This document shows positions 45,030-57,422 of a stretch of 64,000 bases of DNA, piece after piece. Numbering within the stretch: the first letter of the stretch is position 1; every line of letters begins with the position of its first letter. Source of the stretch: Prorocentrum cordatum (Eukaryota); contig CAUYUJ010000114.1 of the NCBI GenBank assembly GCA_963575745.1, positions 124,001-188,000 on the forward strand. Direction: 5' to 3'. Both the position numbers and the translations under genes were made by a program. The notes below the pieces were generated by a model. That model did not search any database, was not told where the DNA came from, and saw nothing but the letters and a program-made list of their open reading frames with translations.

Positions 45030-46385
45030 TGACCCCATGGTGGCGCGAGCTCCCCGGTGGCCCGAGCACCATGGCGGCGCGCGCCACCATGGACCTCATG
45101 GCGGCGCGAGCCCCATGGCGGCGCGAGCCACATGGTGGCGCGCATCACCATGGACCCCATGGTGGCGCGAGCCCCATGGTGGCGCGAGCCCCCATGCAGT
45201 TCGCGCCCCCATGGGGGTTCGCGCCCCATATAAAGTTCGCGACCCCATGGTGGTTCGCGCCCCCATTGGTTTCGCGCCCCCATAAGGTTCGCGCCCCAGG
45301 GGTGTTCGCGCACCCATAGGGTTCGCGCCCCAATGAAGCTCGCGCCCCCATGGGTGTTCGCGCCGTCGTAAAGTTTGCAGCACCATGGGGGGTCGCGCCC
45401 CTGTAAAGTTCGCGCCCCTATGGGGTTCGCGCCCCCATAGGGGCTAAAGTCCCCGATGGGGTTCGCGCCCCCGCACATGGGGGTCGCGCGCCCCATGGAG
45501 TTCGCGCCCCTATGCCCCGATGGGGATCGCGCCCCTTTGGGGTTCGCGCCCCCGTGGGGTTCGCGCCCCTATCGAGTTCGCGCCCCCGTGGGGCTCGATC
45601 GCGCCCCCATGGGGGTTCGCGCCTCCATGGGCTGGCGCCCCGTATAGGATTCGCGCGCGCATGGGGTTCGCACCGCCATGGGTTTCGCACCCGCATGGGG
45701 TTCGCGCCCCTACGGGGTTCGCGCCCCCATAGAGTTCGCGCCCCCATACAGTTCGCGTCCCCAAGGGGGTCGCGCCCCTATAACAATCGCGCCCCCATGG
45801 GGATCGCGCCCCCGAGGGGTTCGCGCCCCCGCTTGGTTCGCGCCCCCAGTGGGTTCGAGGCCCTCATGGGATCCGCGCCCTTATTTAGCTTCGCGCCTCT
45901 ATGGCGTTCGCGCTCCCATAGGGGCTCGCGCCCCAATGGGTTCGCGCTCCCATTGGGGCTCGCGCCCCCATGAAGTTGCGCCCCCATAAGGGGTTCACGT
46001 CCCCATGGGGCTCGCGCCCGCGTACGATTTCGCCCCGATGGGGTTCGCGCCCCCACTGGGTTATGGCGTTCGCGCCCCTAGTGGGTTCGCGCCCCAATGT
46101 GAGGATTCAAGCCCCAACGGGGTTCGCGCCACCATTGGGTTCGCGCACCCATGGGTTCGAGCCCCCATTGGGTTCGCCCCCCCGTGGGGTTTCGCGCACC
46201 CATGGAAGTTCGCGCCCAAATTGCGTTTGCGTCCCCATGGGGGTTCAAGGGCCACAGTGGGGTTCGCGGCTCGCGTCCCTTATGGGGTTCGCGCCCCCGT
46301 GGGTTCGCGCGCCCATGGGTCTCGCGCCCCCATGGTGGCTTGCGCCCCCATGGGGGCTCGCGCCTCCAAGGGGTTCACGCCCCGT
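45030..46385. repeat. Minisatellite, ~18-20-bp unit GGGGTTCGCGCCCCCAT
   Basis: Dozens of degenerate units, each quasi-palindromic. Confidence 0.92.
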
Positions 46386-47014
46386 GCGCGCCGCGGTGGC
46401 AGCGACCGCGTCGGCGCCCGTTCCAAACCACGCAACGTGAGCAAGCTGGCTCTGTCGGGCTTTGCGGCCACCTGGCGCGCCGCCGCTAACGGGAACACAA
46501 ACGCAACGCATTCGGAGTCCACGCGGTTTCGCGAATGTTGGGCCAGCGTGAACGCCCGATGGCGGCCAGCGCGCTGCTCGCCCACGCCGATGCCGTTGGC
46601 CCGCGGGCGCGGTGCATTACTTCGGTGGAACCACCCCCGCGATGGGGGGGGGGGGTAGATTGACGTTTCCCGAGCATTCTTCGCTATCTGAGCTGCACGG
46701 TGCCTACATCATACAACAGCCGAGCGCTATACGTGCGGTCGGATGCCTACAGAAGAAAAAATCGAATGTTGGCTCGGCTACGAAATGCCTAGACCAAGAA
46801 TTATCGATCTCAACATGGGCTGCCGAAAAAATAGCCCTGCGAAGGACCCGACCATATGCAGTTGTGAATACCGCGAGTGTGGATATCATCTTCGCTCGCG
46901 CTCCCGATGGGGCCACGGACCGCGTGAGGGGGCGTGCCGAAATTCGTGGCGGGGCCCCCAATACGAACAAAGACGATCGCTCTGAGTGCGCGAGACTGAG
47001 ACATATTCCTCGCT

Positions 47015-48003
47015 GGGGCCTTCGGTGGAGCGGGGGCCTTCGGTGGAGCTCTCTACGGGGCCACGAAACGAGTGAGGGGTGTGCCGAAATGGAGGAGGTG
47101 GAACCGCATGCGGGCGCAGCCACTGGGGCGTTCGGTGGAGCTCCCTATGGGGGCACGAAACGTGTGAGGGGTGTGCGACAATGTGGGGTGGAACCGCATG
47201 CGAGCGCAGACGCTGGGGCCTTCGGTGGAGCTCTCTATGGGACCACGAAACGAGTGAGGGGTGTGCCGAAATGGGGGGGTGGAACCGCATGCGAGCGCAA
47301 CCACTGGGGCGTTCGGTGGAGCTCCCTATGGGGCCACGAAACGTGTGAGGGGTGTGCGAGAATGGGGGGTGGAACCGCATGCGAGCGCAGCCACTGGGGC
47401 GCTCGGTGGAGCTCCCTATGGAGCCACGAAACGTGTGAGGGGTGTGCCAGAATGGGGGGTGGAACCGCATGCGGGCGCAGCCACTGGGGCGTTCGGTGGA
47501 GCTCCCTATGGGCCACGAAACGTGTGAGGGGTGTGCCGAAAGGGGGCGGAACCGCATGCGAGCGCAGACGCTGAGGCCTTCGGTGGAGCTCTCTATGGGG
47601 CCACGAAACGCGCGAAGGGGTGTGCCGAAATGCGGGGGGGGGGGGGGGGAACGGCATGCGAGCGCAGCCACTGGGGCGTTCGGTGGAGCTCCCTATGGGG
47701 CCACGAAACGAGTGAGGGGTGTCGGAGAATGGGGGGTGGAACCGCATGCGAGCGCAGCCACTGGGGCCTTCGGTGGAGCTCCCTATGGGGCCACGAAACG
47801 TATGAGGGGTGTGCCGAAATGGAGGGTGGAACCGCATGCGAGCGCAGCCACTGGGGCGTTCGGTGGAGCTCCCTGTGGGGCCACGAAGCGTTTGAGGGGT
47901 GTCCCGAAAAGGGGGATGGAACCGTGTGCGAGCGCAGCCACTGGGGCCTTCGGTGGAGCTCCCTTTGGGGCCACGAAACGTGTGAGGAGTGTGCCGAAAT
48001 GGG
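47015..48003 (+). repeat. 90-bp tandem satellite, ~11 well-conserved copies
   Basis: CCACTGGGGC recurs at 47301, 47391 and 47481; unit GGGGCGTTCGGTGGAGCTCCCTATGGGGCCACGAAACG... Confidence 0.95.
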
Positions 48004-48019
48004 TGCAGGGGACGCATGC

Positions 48020-48262
48020 TGATGATGATGGTAATGGTGATGGTGATGATGCGGAGGATGATGATGATTATGATGATTATGAGGATGATGATTATGATGA
48101 TGATGCTGATGATGATGAGGAGGAGGATGGCAATGATGATGATGGTGGCGGTAACGGCGATGATGATGGCGATGCTGGTGATGATGACAATGATGACGAC
48201 GACGATGGTGACGATGACGATGACGACGATGATGGTGGTGATGATGACGATGATGATGATGA
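48020..48262. repeat. (GAT)n microsatellite
   Basis: Directly visible. Confidence 0.92.
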
Positions 48263-50789
48263 CGGGAGGAGGGAGGAGGGGGGAGGAAGGGGGGGGGGAA
48301 CGCGGGGCACCGTCTCTTCAAAACAAGGACCCAACACCACAGGATGGTTGGGAAAAATCTGCTTTCAATGTTTGTTGATGGGATTTTCCATTCTTAAATG
48401 GGATTTTCCTTTTTTTGGCTTCTGGGAAAAATCGACCCCCCGACTTGCCCCCGCCATCGGTCGAAAAAAAATCGGTGCGCGCGGCGCCTCCGATGGCTCG
48501 CGCGTCGCGGCCGATGGGGGCGGCTCACAGCCCAATCCGCCCGCCAAGATGTGGCACCGCGTCTGCAAGGGGGCAGGCGGAAGCCTTTCGTGCGCGCGTG
48601 ACTGCCCATGTTGCCCCTGAACCAAGGCCGATGCCGTAGGTCGGCGGATCGGCCGTGAACCTCAAGTTGCGAGATGGCGCGCGGGCGCCCCGACGGCGCC
48701 CATGCCGCTGCAGCCCAAGGTCCGCGGGGGGAGGGGGGGGCGCCCGAAATCTCCTATATGCCGACGCCCTGGAGGGCGCGACACCGACGCGTGACGTCGC
48801 GCCTGTCGGGCGCGCCCAGGGCGCCCCCATCGGACCTCCCTGGGCGCCACGTCGAGGTCATCCTGCGCTTCATCAGAGAGCCCATCGAGCGCCGTTGGCG
48901 CGCCCCCGACCGACGCGGCACCGCGCGCGGCATGGCGCGCCCATCGGCGCGACAGCACGGCCAGCTTGACATTGAAACGCGCCGAGAGGGGGAGACCCGT
49001 GCGAGCCCGAGCATGCTCAGGCGCGGCTACCAGCGAGCAATCCGACAAACGCCGATGCCGTGGTCTGCGTTCGTCGGGGGGCTTGTCGGGCCGTCTCGGG
49101 CGGCACCCAGACTACATGTCGGCCCCGTCTTGGGCGGCCCGAAAGCGCGCCCACCGCGCCTCGGCGTCGCCCCCGACGGGAGAAGAAGGCCGCCCCCGTC
49201 AGATGCTACCTCGTGGCCCCGCGGGCGGAGGGCGCAGGGGGTGGGTGCGCGGGGTGTGGTGGGGGCGGCGGGGGGGTGGGGGGAGGGGCTGCCGTTGGCG
49301 CGGCGCTGGGCAGCCCCGCGGTTGCCCGCGCGCGCCCCGCGATTGTCTGGCGCCGGAAGGGAACCCGAGACTGGCCTTTAGGAGCACCGCGGGTTCCCCA
49401 TGTTTACATCGGAGAACCAGCTGCTGACTTTGGAAATTGTCTTCATCGGGGGTATATCAATATCTCTCTGCAGGCTCTGGGCCGCGTCGGGGCCGCGCTG
49501 GGCAGCCCGACGCGGCCGCCCCCTGCGCCCCCCCCCCCCAGCGGGGCCCCGAAAGCCCCCCCACACACACGCACACACACACACACACACACACGCCGCA
49601 ACCCAAGCCCAGCCGATCGCAACTGCGGGTTGCACGACCTGCGCCCTGCTGCCCCTCGGGTTTATCTCCGCACCTTGTCGCGTCATTCCACGGCGGCCCG
49701 AGGGGGCGCCGCAAGGGCCAGAGGCGGCAACGCGCGCCATCGAATAGCAACCCGAGGGCTCCGACAACGGGTGCAACTTCTGCTTTCACTTGATGGCGCG
49801 CGGGCGGCGCCGCAATGACGCGCCGACAATGCCCGCGCCGCTCAGCGGTGCAACGTGCCAGCGCCGTTTGTCGGCACGGGGGGGGCTGGTCCAGGGGGGA
49901 ACCAGCCATGCCCAGGCGGTCACGCCCGCCCGACAACCCAATCATGGGGCGAAGCGCCCGCTCAGCTGACCCGCGGGGGCCGCACCGCGCTGTTCGCTAT
50001 GGGCACGTTGGGCGGGGGGGGGGGGGCGCAGGGGGGATGGGGCGCGCCCGAGGGCGCCCGGGGGGGGGGGGGGGCGGGGGCGCGGGGCACGGAGCGCGCC
50101 GAGAAGAGCAGAATGGCGGCGCACCCACGCCCGCCGAAGGGCAACGCCCCCGCGCCCGTTCAATGGCGCACGATGGTGCGCGGGCCGCGGTCGCGAAAAA
50201 ACAAACACCGCTGTGAGTCTCTGCAGCGTAACGCGACAGCCAGCCCCCGCAGCTGGCCAGCGGCATGGATACGCGCCGCCCCCGTGTTCACGGACCAGCA
50301 CGGCTGCGCAGCTGGTGTAAAAACATGATGCGCGCCCGCGCCTGTCCGAACCCCGCGGCGCGGCATGCCCGCGCCCGCGGGGCGAACGCGGGGGGGGGAC
50401 GCGCGCGCCATCTGCGATCGGGAGGAAGTGGGCAGGCGCTCCTGGGCCGCAGCGCGGCTATGCCATCACGCCGAGGCGCGGATCGAATTCGGCTCCTGCA
50501 GGAAGAAGTACGGCGCCAGCGCAACTGTTAAATTAAGCGCACTCACCCTTCAGGCCCGCGATATGAGAACGCATGTTCAAGCGCTGGGCGCGCGCAAAAG
50601 GCAAGCACATTTCCCATGTGCGCGCGCCCTCGATTGGACAGGGCGAGCGGCGCCCGCGTCGGCGATGCGATGTAAGCCCAGCATTCTACAGGGGGCGACG
50701 CGCCAGCGCCAATGATTTGCATCTGGGCGATGCGACAATCATGCCCCCGTGTGTTCCAGTGCACCCCTCACGCGCCTCTGGGCACCGCA

Positions 50790-53230
50790 TGGATCCCCGC
50801 CGAAGGCCCTCTTGGCGGCGTTCGCACGCCCCCCCCCCCCCCCCCCCCCCCGCCGTCGGCGGCCGCCCGTCGCCGCTTCGGGGAGGGGGGGGGGCGCCGA
50901 AAACCGCAGCTGCGGCGTTCGCATGCCCCCCCTCCCCCCCTACCCCCGTAGTATATCATCGCACATTTCGCGGGGCTCCACCGATGGCCTTAGTGGCGGC
51001 GTTCGCATGCACCCCCCACCCCCCCTCAGGCATGTCTGTGCAATCCTCGCAAGCTTCGTGGCCCCACAGGGGGCTCCACCGAAGGCCGCAGTGGCGGCGC
51101 TCGCGTGCCCTCCCACCCGCCCCACCCCCCACCCCACCCCCGCACCTCCTGTATTTCGGCATGCTCCACCGCGCGTTCCGCGGCCCCATCGGAGGCACCA
51201 CCGCAGGCAGTGGCGGCATTCGCATGCGTCCCGCATGCGTGCGCTTCGTGGCCCCATAGGGCGCCCCACCCTAGTGGCGGTGTTCGCATGCGCCCATCCC
51301 ATGCACTTCGGAACGCCAACGCACGCTTCGTGGACCCACATGAAGCCCAACCGAAGGCTGTACTTGCGGCGTTCGCACGCGCCCCCCCCCCCGCGCATTT
51401 CGGCCCACCACGCACGCGCTTCGTGGCGCCATAGGGAACCCCACCGAAAGCCCCAGGCTGCGTTCGCACAAACGGCCCCCGCCCCCCCCCCACCCCACCC
51501 CCCTCCCATGTATTAGGGCACACCCTCACACATGCTCGTTGCCCCATACAGAGCTCCACCGAATATCCCAGTGGCGGTGATCGCGCGCGCGCCCCCACCT
51601 CGCACTTTTCGCACCCCACGGACGGCCCCAGTGGCCGCGTTCGCACCCCCCCCCCCCCCACCCACGCAAAACAGAACACCCCATGCACGTCTCGCGGCCC
51701 CATAGGGGAGCTCCACCGAATGCCTCAGTGGCTGCGTTCGCACGCGCACCCCTCATTTCTTTCGGCGCACCCCTCGCACGTTTCGCGGCCCCATTTGGAG
51801 CTCCATTGAAAGCCTCAGTGGCGGCGTTCGCTTGCGCCCCCCCCCACCCACCCGCGTTTCGGCATGCCCATGAAGTTTCGTGGCGCCATATACAGTTCCA
51901 CCGAAAGTCTCTTTGGCGGCGTGGGCGTGCGCCTGTTTATCAAGCCTGCAACAGACCTCACGCGTTTCCTGGCCCTACAAGCAGCTCCACCGAGTGCCTC
52001 CGCGGCGCGGTGTTTGCATGCGCACTCGAATGATGCCGGCGCACACCCCGCATGTTTCGCGGCCCCATAGCTCCATCGAAGGCCCCGCTGGCACGCGCGC
52101 CCTGCCGACGTCGGCACGCCCCTCGCGCGCTTCGTGACCCCATAGGGAACTCCACCAAAGGCCTACTGGCGGCGTTCGCACGCGCCCACACCATGCATTT
52201 CGGCACACCCCTCGCGCGATTCGCGGTCGCATAAGGGCCCCACCGAAGGATCTCAGCGGCGGTGTTCGCATGCCCCCATCCCCCTCCCCCCCCAATGCAT
52301 TTCGGCGCGCCCGCGACGCGTTTCGCGGTTCCTCAGGAGGCTCCACCGAAAGCTTCAGGCTGTGTTTGCATGAGCCCCCCCCCCCCCTCCCCTGCGCAAC
52401 CCCGCGCGCCCCGCGCACGTCTCGCGCCTCCACAGGGAACCCCTTGCATGCACCATCGGCTGCGTTCGCATGCGCCCCGCCAGCATATTTTCGGCGAGCC
52501 CTTCGCGCGTCTCTGGGCCTCATGGGGGGCAGCACCGCATGCCCCAATGGCAGTGTGCACGCGTCACCGTCGCCACTGCTGGAGCGCGCCTCAAATGTTT
52601 AGCGGCCCCATGGGGAGCTCCGCCGAAAAGCCTCAGTAGCCAGCGGCGGCGTTCGCACGCGCCCCTCCACCCCCACCCCCCCCCCCACACGCGCCCATGC
52701 GCACGCGCCCTCCTCGCTGTGCTTGGCCCCATGGGGAGCTCAGCCGAAGGCCCCAATGGGTTCGCACCCGCCGTACTCGGCCCAGTTCGGCGCAGCCATC
52801 ACGCACTTCGGGGCCCTATACGGAGGCCCGTCGAACGTCCCAGCAGTAGCACCTGTCGCTCGCGCCTCGCGCAGCCAATTTCGGCACGCCCCATGCGCGT
52901 TTCGCAACCCAATGCGGACTTTCACAGAAGGTCCTTCGGCGCAGTCCGCACGCATCTCGCCCTCCGGTTTCCCGCGGCACCCGCCCCGCGCTTCTCGGCG
53001 CCAAATGGAATTTCACCCAAGCACACAGGAACACAATGCGCACGCGCCCCCCGCGCGCATATCGCCACACCCATCACGCGCTTCGGGGCCCGATGGAAAG
53101 AATCACGGAAAACCTTATGTGATGCATTTCCAACGCGCCCCACCTCCCCCAGCAGCCCACATTTGGTTCCCGCCGCATGCTGGCGGACCCTTTCCACGTT
53201 CACAAGTCTCACGCGCTTCGCGGCCCCGTG
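50790..53230 (-). repeat. Degenerate inverted array of the same ~90-bp satellite
   Basis: Recurring CGTGGCCCCATAGGGAGCTCCACCGAAGGCC..AGTGGCGGCGTTCGCATGC, the reverse complement of the 47-kb unit. Confidence 0.85.
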
Positions 53231-54137
53231 GCGCGTTCCACCGTGCCCGCCGCCGGCCCCGCGGTGCCCCCAACAGCGCGGCGCCGGGTCCTTCGCAAGG
53301 GTCGCCTTTTCAATGCGTGTTCATGATGTCCGAAGAATGATTCGGCATTTAAAGTCTAATGCCCTAGGGGTGTCTTGTGAATGTATACATGGCGCCCCAA
53401 ACAATGTCTGGATTATGCCAATTGCGATTCAATCAAATCGTTATTGCAAATGTATTAACTCAGCATGACATCAATGATTGAATAGTGTCGTCGCACATGC
53501 ATGCTCATAGCATACGTAAGACTAATGGTACTGCTACCGCAACGTTGTGGGTAACATGAGAATGGTTGCATGAAAGTCCCTCAAATGGTGGATACGCTGG
53601 TTTTTGACTATGTCCCCATGGCGCTGTAACAACTAATCCATAGTGTTCGAATACACTGGCGATGCTCAAAACCATATTTCGGCGTTGGGCCCTCGCTGTG
53701 GGATCGCAACACCCCGTGCCCCGCCCCCCCGCTGCCCCCCCCCCCCCCCTTCCCCCATCCCGATTCCTGCCGCACCATCCCTAGCACGAACCTGTCGTAA
53801 TGTGAACGTATCGTATTAAAACGACCGCGCAGTACATATCATCGTGTCAAGCGTACGCGCGTAAAACATATTGCGACTGCATGCGAAAAAGAATCGCACA
53901 CATGGGCTTATGAAGAGGTGGCATGGGACGGGAGGGTGTACAGCAACATCGCTGATGCGCCCTGGATTCTGCCGTGTCCTCCTCCTGTTCCTCCTGCTGC
54001 TCTTCCCCCTCCTCCTCCTCATCGCCCTTCTCCCCCCCCTCCCCCTTCCTCCTCCTCCCCCTTCCTCCTCCTCCCCCTCCTCCGCCTGGAGAGGGCGAGG
54101 TGGGGGTGGGGGGGTTGCAGGTTCGCCCGGAGCATGC

Positions 54138-54866
54138 TCAATGATCATCTCGGCCGCCGTGAGCCCGCACATGGTGGCGGACATCGCGTCTGACCTCCTG
54201 CGGGAGGCACTGGCTGGCGGCGTCGACCGCCCCCCCAGCGGTGCGCCATTTGTCGTAAGCTGAGTCACACTTCTCGGCGAACATGTCGAGCTCGCTCGAA
54301 CGCTTGCTGCACTCGCCCGAAAGGCGCTTGAAATCAAAAAACAAGTAGTCAACCTCCTGCCAACGACGGACGAGCGCGGCACTGACCCGCACACAATCAC
54401 CGTTGTTGTCGACGACGTCGAGCCCATCATCGTCGGGCACGAACTGCATCCTCGACCCTGGCTGCTGCGCGGGGCCCCGCGACTGACCGCGAGGCTCGCG
54501 ACCAGGGCTGCGCGAACGGTCGCCAGCAGGGCGAGGCGTCACCGCGGGCCCCGCTTGGAAATCGCAGCCGCCATGCGGGGCGCGAGCCCTCGCTGGCCCC
54601 TCGGCGATGCCAGCTCCGCGGAGTGGCGGAGTGGTGGGCGCGCCACGGCGCGGTGGAGTAACGGGCGCGCCTCGGCGCGGCAGCGCGCTCGGCGCACGCG
54701 GCGGGGCGCGGAACAACGGCGCACTCGGCGCAAGCGGCGGCGCCGCCTTCGACCGCGGACGCCAGGCTGGCGGGAGGGCGGACGACGGCGCACTCGGCGC
54801 ACTCGGCGCACGCTGAGCACGATCACACTTTGGCGGCGGCACCACAACGGGCCGCTGCGCCCGCAT
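54138..54866 (-). CDS. Hypothetical protein with Pro/Ala/Arg-rich N-terminus and helical C-terminal domain
   Basis: The C-terminal ~100 aa are protein-like (RMQFVPDDDGLDVVDNNGDCVRVSAALVRRWQEVDYLFFDFKRL...). Start uncertain. Confidence 0.4.
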   Translation of the reverse strand: MRAQRPVVVPPPKCDRAQRAPSAPSAPSSALPPAWRPRSKAAPPLAPSAPLFRAPPRAPSALPRRGAPVTPPRRGAPTTPPLRGAGIAEGPARARAPHGGCDFQAGPAVTPRPAGDRSRSPGREPRGQSRGPAQQPGSRMQFVPDDDGLDVVDNNGDCVRVSAALVRRWQEVDYLFFDFKRLSGECSKRSSELDMFAEKCDSAYDKWRTAGGAVDAASQCLPQEVRRDVRHHVRAHGGRDDH

Positions 54867-55794
54867 GGGGGGCCGCCGCGACGGCCGCGGCGAGAGCGGC
54901 TGCTGGAAGGCGTGGGCCGACGCGGTCACGAGGTGGGGGGAGGAGGGAGGGCGGGGGAGGAGGAGAGAGGCTGGTGCAATCTATGCGGTGCAATCTGCGG
55001 CGCAGTAAAGGTGGTGTAGTATATGTGGTGCCAGAGATGTGGCGAACTGCATGCGCCCCATGCAATCTATGTGCCGAGTCGGAAAAAAGCGCGGGAAGGT
55101 GCAACGCAAAGAAATGCTGTGCAACTCGATGCCATGCATTGCAGCGCCTCAACAAACGACGCAAGGCAACTTAGAACACTGATAAGCAACGCAACGCAAT
55201 GCTAAGCATAGCAACGCAGTGCAAGAACACGAAGAGCAGCGCAATACATTGCAATGATTTGCAGCCCGACGCAATACAGCGCAAAGCAATGCACGTGGCG
55301 CCTGGCGGCGGCGACGGGCAGTGACGGGCGACCACCAGGGGCCCATCGTGGGTTCAGTAGCTGTCACTGGGACTGGTCGCATGTCGCCGCTCTCGGCGCG
55401 CGAAGCGTCAAGTATTTCAAACGATAGTTCCCCCACTCAAATGCGGCCCCAACGCGATTGCTGCTCAGGAAATGTTGCCACGCAGTTGTGAACGCATGAG
55501 CTGTTGATGTGTTCCCGCCAGCGAGCACGGAGTGATTATATGCGAGCAAATGAGCCATCGACTCATGCGTTATGGACGGCTCACCCTGGATGCGAAACTC
55601 ACGATAAGATGTGTGCCTTGGGTGCCAAAGAAGGAGCTGCTAATACAACATTGCACGATGCATCGATGCCTTCCGCCTCTCGCGCCGCGCGCGGGAATCA
55701 ACCCAGGCGGGGGGGATGGCAGGGGGCAGCGCGAATCACATTTACCTTGTCAATATCAAAGCACAGAAAGCAACAGTGACAGTACACGCGCGCG

Positions 55795-56690
55795 CTATGC
55801 TGGAGGCCTCCTCAGCCTCGCAATGCACGCATCGATATCGGCAATCTCGCTCTCAGTCCACACATCGCGCCCTCTGGCGTCTTGGACGATGCGAACGCTA
55901 CCTTCCGGGTGTGGTGTATTCTCGAACGTGGCGCAAACGACGCGCCGATAACATGATGGCTTCCCCTGGGCCACGGTAACCTCCAAGCGCAAACCCCGCA
56001 AGGGGATACATTCACCGCACGCGGTGCACTTCGACCGCGTAGAGGGGGCGCGCTGCACGCCACGCACGCCCAGGCGCAACTGGAAAAACGAACCACCCGA
56101 GGAACTTGCTGGAGGGGCGGCAGGAGGCGCGGGGGGAGGCGGCAACGGAAGCTCCGGCGCCGCTGCCTCGTGGAGGGGGGACATTCGTCCTCGCTGCCCC
56201 CAGGCCCGATGGGAAGGGTAGGGGCAGCGCCGTGCCCCCCCTCGTCCCCGCATGCAGAGGCGACCCAGACAACTCCCAAACGACTTCATCGAAAAAAAAA
56301 AAGCCTCGTCGGACGACGGCTGAGGACGTGGGGCATGATCCGATCCATCACCTGGCTCGGAAGAGCTAGCCTCTGCCGCCCATGCTAGAGCCCTCGCTGC
56401 CAGCAGTTCCCTCTTGAATTTCCGAGGGTCCCAGATTTTTATATTCGTGCAATCACGAAGGTAAACTTCGAAGCGAGACGGCCTGAAAACACTGACGCGC
56501 TCGCGCCTCAAGCTCACGCCCCAGAAAACAACTTCCCAATGCATCGGCTGGCCGAAACGCTCCTGCAACTGGAAAGGGGCGTGGTTGCCTAACCGAGCAA
56601 GAGCGGGAAGACGGCGACCTTCCAGCTGCGGCTTATCCTCGAGACGAGCTCCGCCCAGAGCGGCGCAATCCAGCCGACGATCGCCATCGC
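55795..56690 (-). CDS. Exon with a PARP-type zinc-finger-like motif; probably the last exon of the outer transposase
   Basis: RAPSTRSKCTACGECIPLRGLRL...YRRVVC resembles the zf-PARP pattern AxSxRSxCxxCxxxIxKGxLR...HxxC, with the His replaced. Same strand as, and ~0.75 kb downstream of, the transposase frame. Confidence 0.5.
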
Positions 56691-57422
56691 CCCCCCCGAC
56701 GGGGGCGGGGAGGGGGCTAGACATCATGGACGCGGGCGAGGGCTCGGCATGAGAGAGGAGGCGATGGTTTGACATGGGAGGCAAGGGCGCGGGGAAGGAA
56801 TGACGCAATCACGAGGGATGCCAACGGAAGGGGCGAAGGGGAAGTAGCGGAGAGCCGAGGAGGGAAGGCGGAAGATAAGGATGGAGCCGGATGGGGAGGA
56901 AGTGATGAGGGTGAGGGGGTTGGCGTCGGAGCTCGCGCATGCGTGTCCACCTACTCGGCGCTCGCCCCCGCTCGCTCCTGCGCCCCGCTGCGGGAGAGCG
57001 GGGCACCAATGCTCGGGCCCTTGCACAGGGAGAGGGCGCGAGAAGCCAATATGAGGGCGAGTGTGAGAATAGATGCGATGGCGGGGGGTCCTGAGGCACT
57101 CCCGCGGTTTTCTTTCGGGGCCCGACATGCACTAGTGATTTGAGCTGCGTTGTCGGGTGGGGGGCCCGCTGGCATTGGGAGCGGGGCGACTGGGACGCAA
57201 TGCAAGAGTTAATCATACAAAGACCTGTCAGCATGCCCCATCCAGGCCCCCTCCCGACGAGCAAATCGTTGCCCGAGTGCCCCGATGCTGTGCTAGCTAA
57301 TCGCTGGTGAGGCTGACGCACATCACACACGTGCGCTTGTCTCTCCGACCCCCCCCCCTGTTCCCCTACTCCTGAAACGCCCTACCCCGCCGCTCCTCCC
57401 ATCATCATTAACCCTGCTTCAC

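Noticed and set aside
47015..48003. CRISPR-like array
   Set aside because: Whole 90-bp units repeat with no unique spacers, there are no cas genes, and the context is eukaryotic.
48700..50700. Possible decayed gene in GC-rich DNA
   Set aside because: No consistent frame or recognisable motif.
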